Origin: Tubulanus polymorphus
Lineage: Eukaryota; Animalia; Nemertea
Length of the DNA stretch: 64,000 nt
Reading direction: 5' to 3'
Assembly (NCBI RefSeq): GCF_964204645.1
Contig: NC_134036.1
Coordinates: forward strand, 10,891,859 to 10,955,858
Shown here: positions 62,571 to 64,000 of the stretch, piece after piece
Layout: every line of letters starts with the position of its first letter
Position numbering within the stretch: position 1 is the first letter of the stretch
The notes under the pieces: model-generated
Databases searched by the model: none
Told to the model about the DNA's origin: nothing
The model's input: the letters and a program-made list of their open reading frames with translations, nothing else
Made by a program: the position numbers and the translations under genes

Positions 62571-64000
62571 TCATCCTTTAAGGTAGGCTTTCGAACTCAC
62601 ACAGTGCTTTCGAAAGCTGGTAATTAAGTCCCAATTAAGTGCTTCAATGAAGTCGTACGATTTCATGTTGCTACTAGGATCGAATGGATTTCCCTCTGTT
62701 CTGAATGAACATCCTAAAGGTGCCTTAATGCATGCCCATCTCTCTTTGATAAGTTCTTTTTCTTGGGCTGATATGTTCCATTCAGCTGGTGGCAGATTTT
62801 CATCAATGAGCTGAAAAAGAATTAATGAAATAAGCTTAAGACTCAAGTGCCATGATTATCTTACAGTATAGCGCTATATAAACAAATAAATTATTATAAT
62901 AAGGGATAATTTTTTTTATTTTAATTTATTTATTTTACGTACGCACTAGGGGAGGGGTAACTGTAAATGCGTACTGTAATGCTTAATGTATATTGAAAAA
63001 ATGGCTTATTTTGTGTACAAGGGGAGGGGTTTGAAAAAGTAAAATTTTATGCAATAAATGAATGATCCCTAATTATTAAAATTAGCTGAAATTAGTTAAT
63101 GTAAATTTATTGTAGAAAATGTAATAGTGCTACAAACCCAAAATTGTTCATTTCGCAATAGAATTTCTTCGTACTGACTTAGTCTTACACCATCTCTCAC
63201 TTCGTTTCCATTGAATTCTTCGATAAATTTCTTTATCATACCACTAATGGTATGCAAAGGATCCAATGCAATGATATCATTGACATTTGTTCCATCTAAA
63301 TCGAACAGAATCGACCGCCCTTTGAAGCCGAGTTCCAGCGTAACTGTTCCTTAGATTTCAAATGAACATATTATAACGCATTCTATAAATTTTCTTTAGT
63401 CGATGGTAATTCTTTATTGATGTACCGTTATTAACTCTGTTTGCACTTCTCAGCATAATGCCATGGGTTTTTCATCAGGTGGATGTCGCACCTCGATATT
63501 TCTAGTTGTTGAATTTCCATCATCGCTGATTAATGGTGCATCTACTTCAATTCGCTGCACATGATTAACTGGTAAGTATCTGATACAAAAATCAGAAGCA
63601 ATGTTTCTAAGAATATATCTTAACATACAATTGGTATTCAAATGTAGAATTTTTTCTTGCCTCCGATTCTGATGGTAGATCATTCTATTCAATAGTTGTG
63701 GGTTACCATGATGGCAGCATTTTATGCACCCATCAAAGCCAGCTGCCGTCTGATGCATTAATGTCAAACAGTGACTCTCGTTATCACCCCCGACTATTAT
63801 CAACTTGCCCTGATTGATAAAATGTACTTATGGTGAATGCACTACATTTATTTTTAGAGTACATATTTTTCGAGTCGAGAACAAATAATTTTGACTGGGG
63901 TATTCTGATATGAATTACCTTTAATTCGAAGTGTTCAAGATAACGACTTCCGTCTTTCGTTTGTTGCGCCTTGCAATAATTCATTGATTTCAGTAATTAA
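62571..64000 (-). pseudogene. Third CMC/EnSpm-like transposase remnant, continues off window
   Basis: VDAPL, GFDGCIKCCHHG, GFKGRSIL..IALDPLHTISGMIK, KSYDFIE. Confidence 0.6.

Overview
Repeat-dense eukaryotic DNA, most likely from an invertebrate animal (GT-AG introns, Helentron/HINE and Tigger-type MITEs, CACTG-ended EnSpm). No host gene is recognisable; the window is nested, mostly decayed mobile elements. From left to right: a minus-strand DIRS retrotransposon (~0.4-5.8 kb) carrying two nested 9-bp-TSD DNA elements; a 3x448-bp HINE array; an old Polinton pPolB remnant; and a ~20-kb AT-rich Polinton/adintovirus-like endogenous virus (~9.7-29.8 kb). That virus carries pPolB, a zinc-finger protein, minor capsid, a membrane-protein cluster, major capsid, rve-integrase-chromodomain and packaging ATPase, plus an internal 2732-bp tandem duplication. 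Further right: a BEL/Pao fragment, several CMC/EnSpm transposase and SAMD3-like remnants, a six-exon Crypton-like tyrosine recombinase gene, HINEs, MITEs and a probable solo LTR. Two signals stand out in the Polinton. (1) Essentially every gene start has the form T-run + 5-7 nt spacer + TAAATG, the architecture of a poxvirus late promoter. (2) The pPolB carries a 355-codon LAGLIDADG intein inside catalytic motif YxD|TD, the site used by giant-virus PolB inteins. Together these suggest (inference) a virophage-like endogenous element adapted to a cytoplasmic large DNA virus. All calls are from reading the sequence; no database searches were run.
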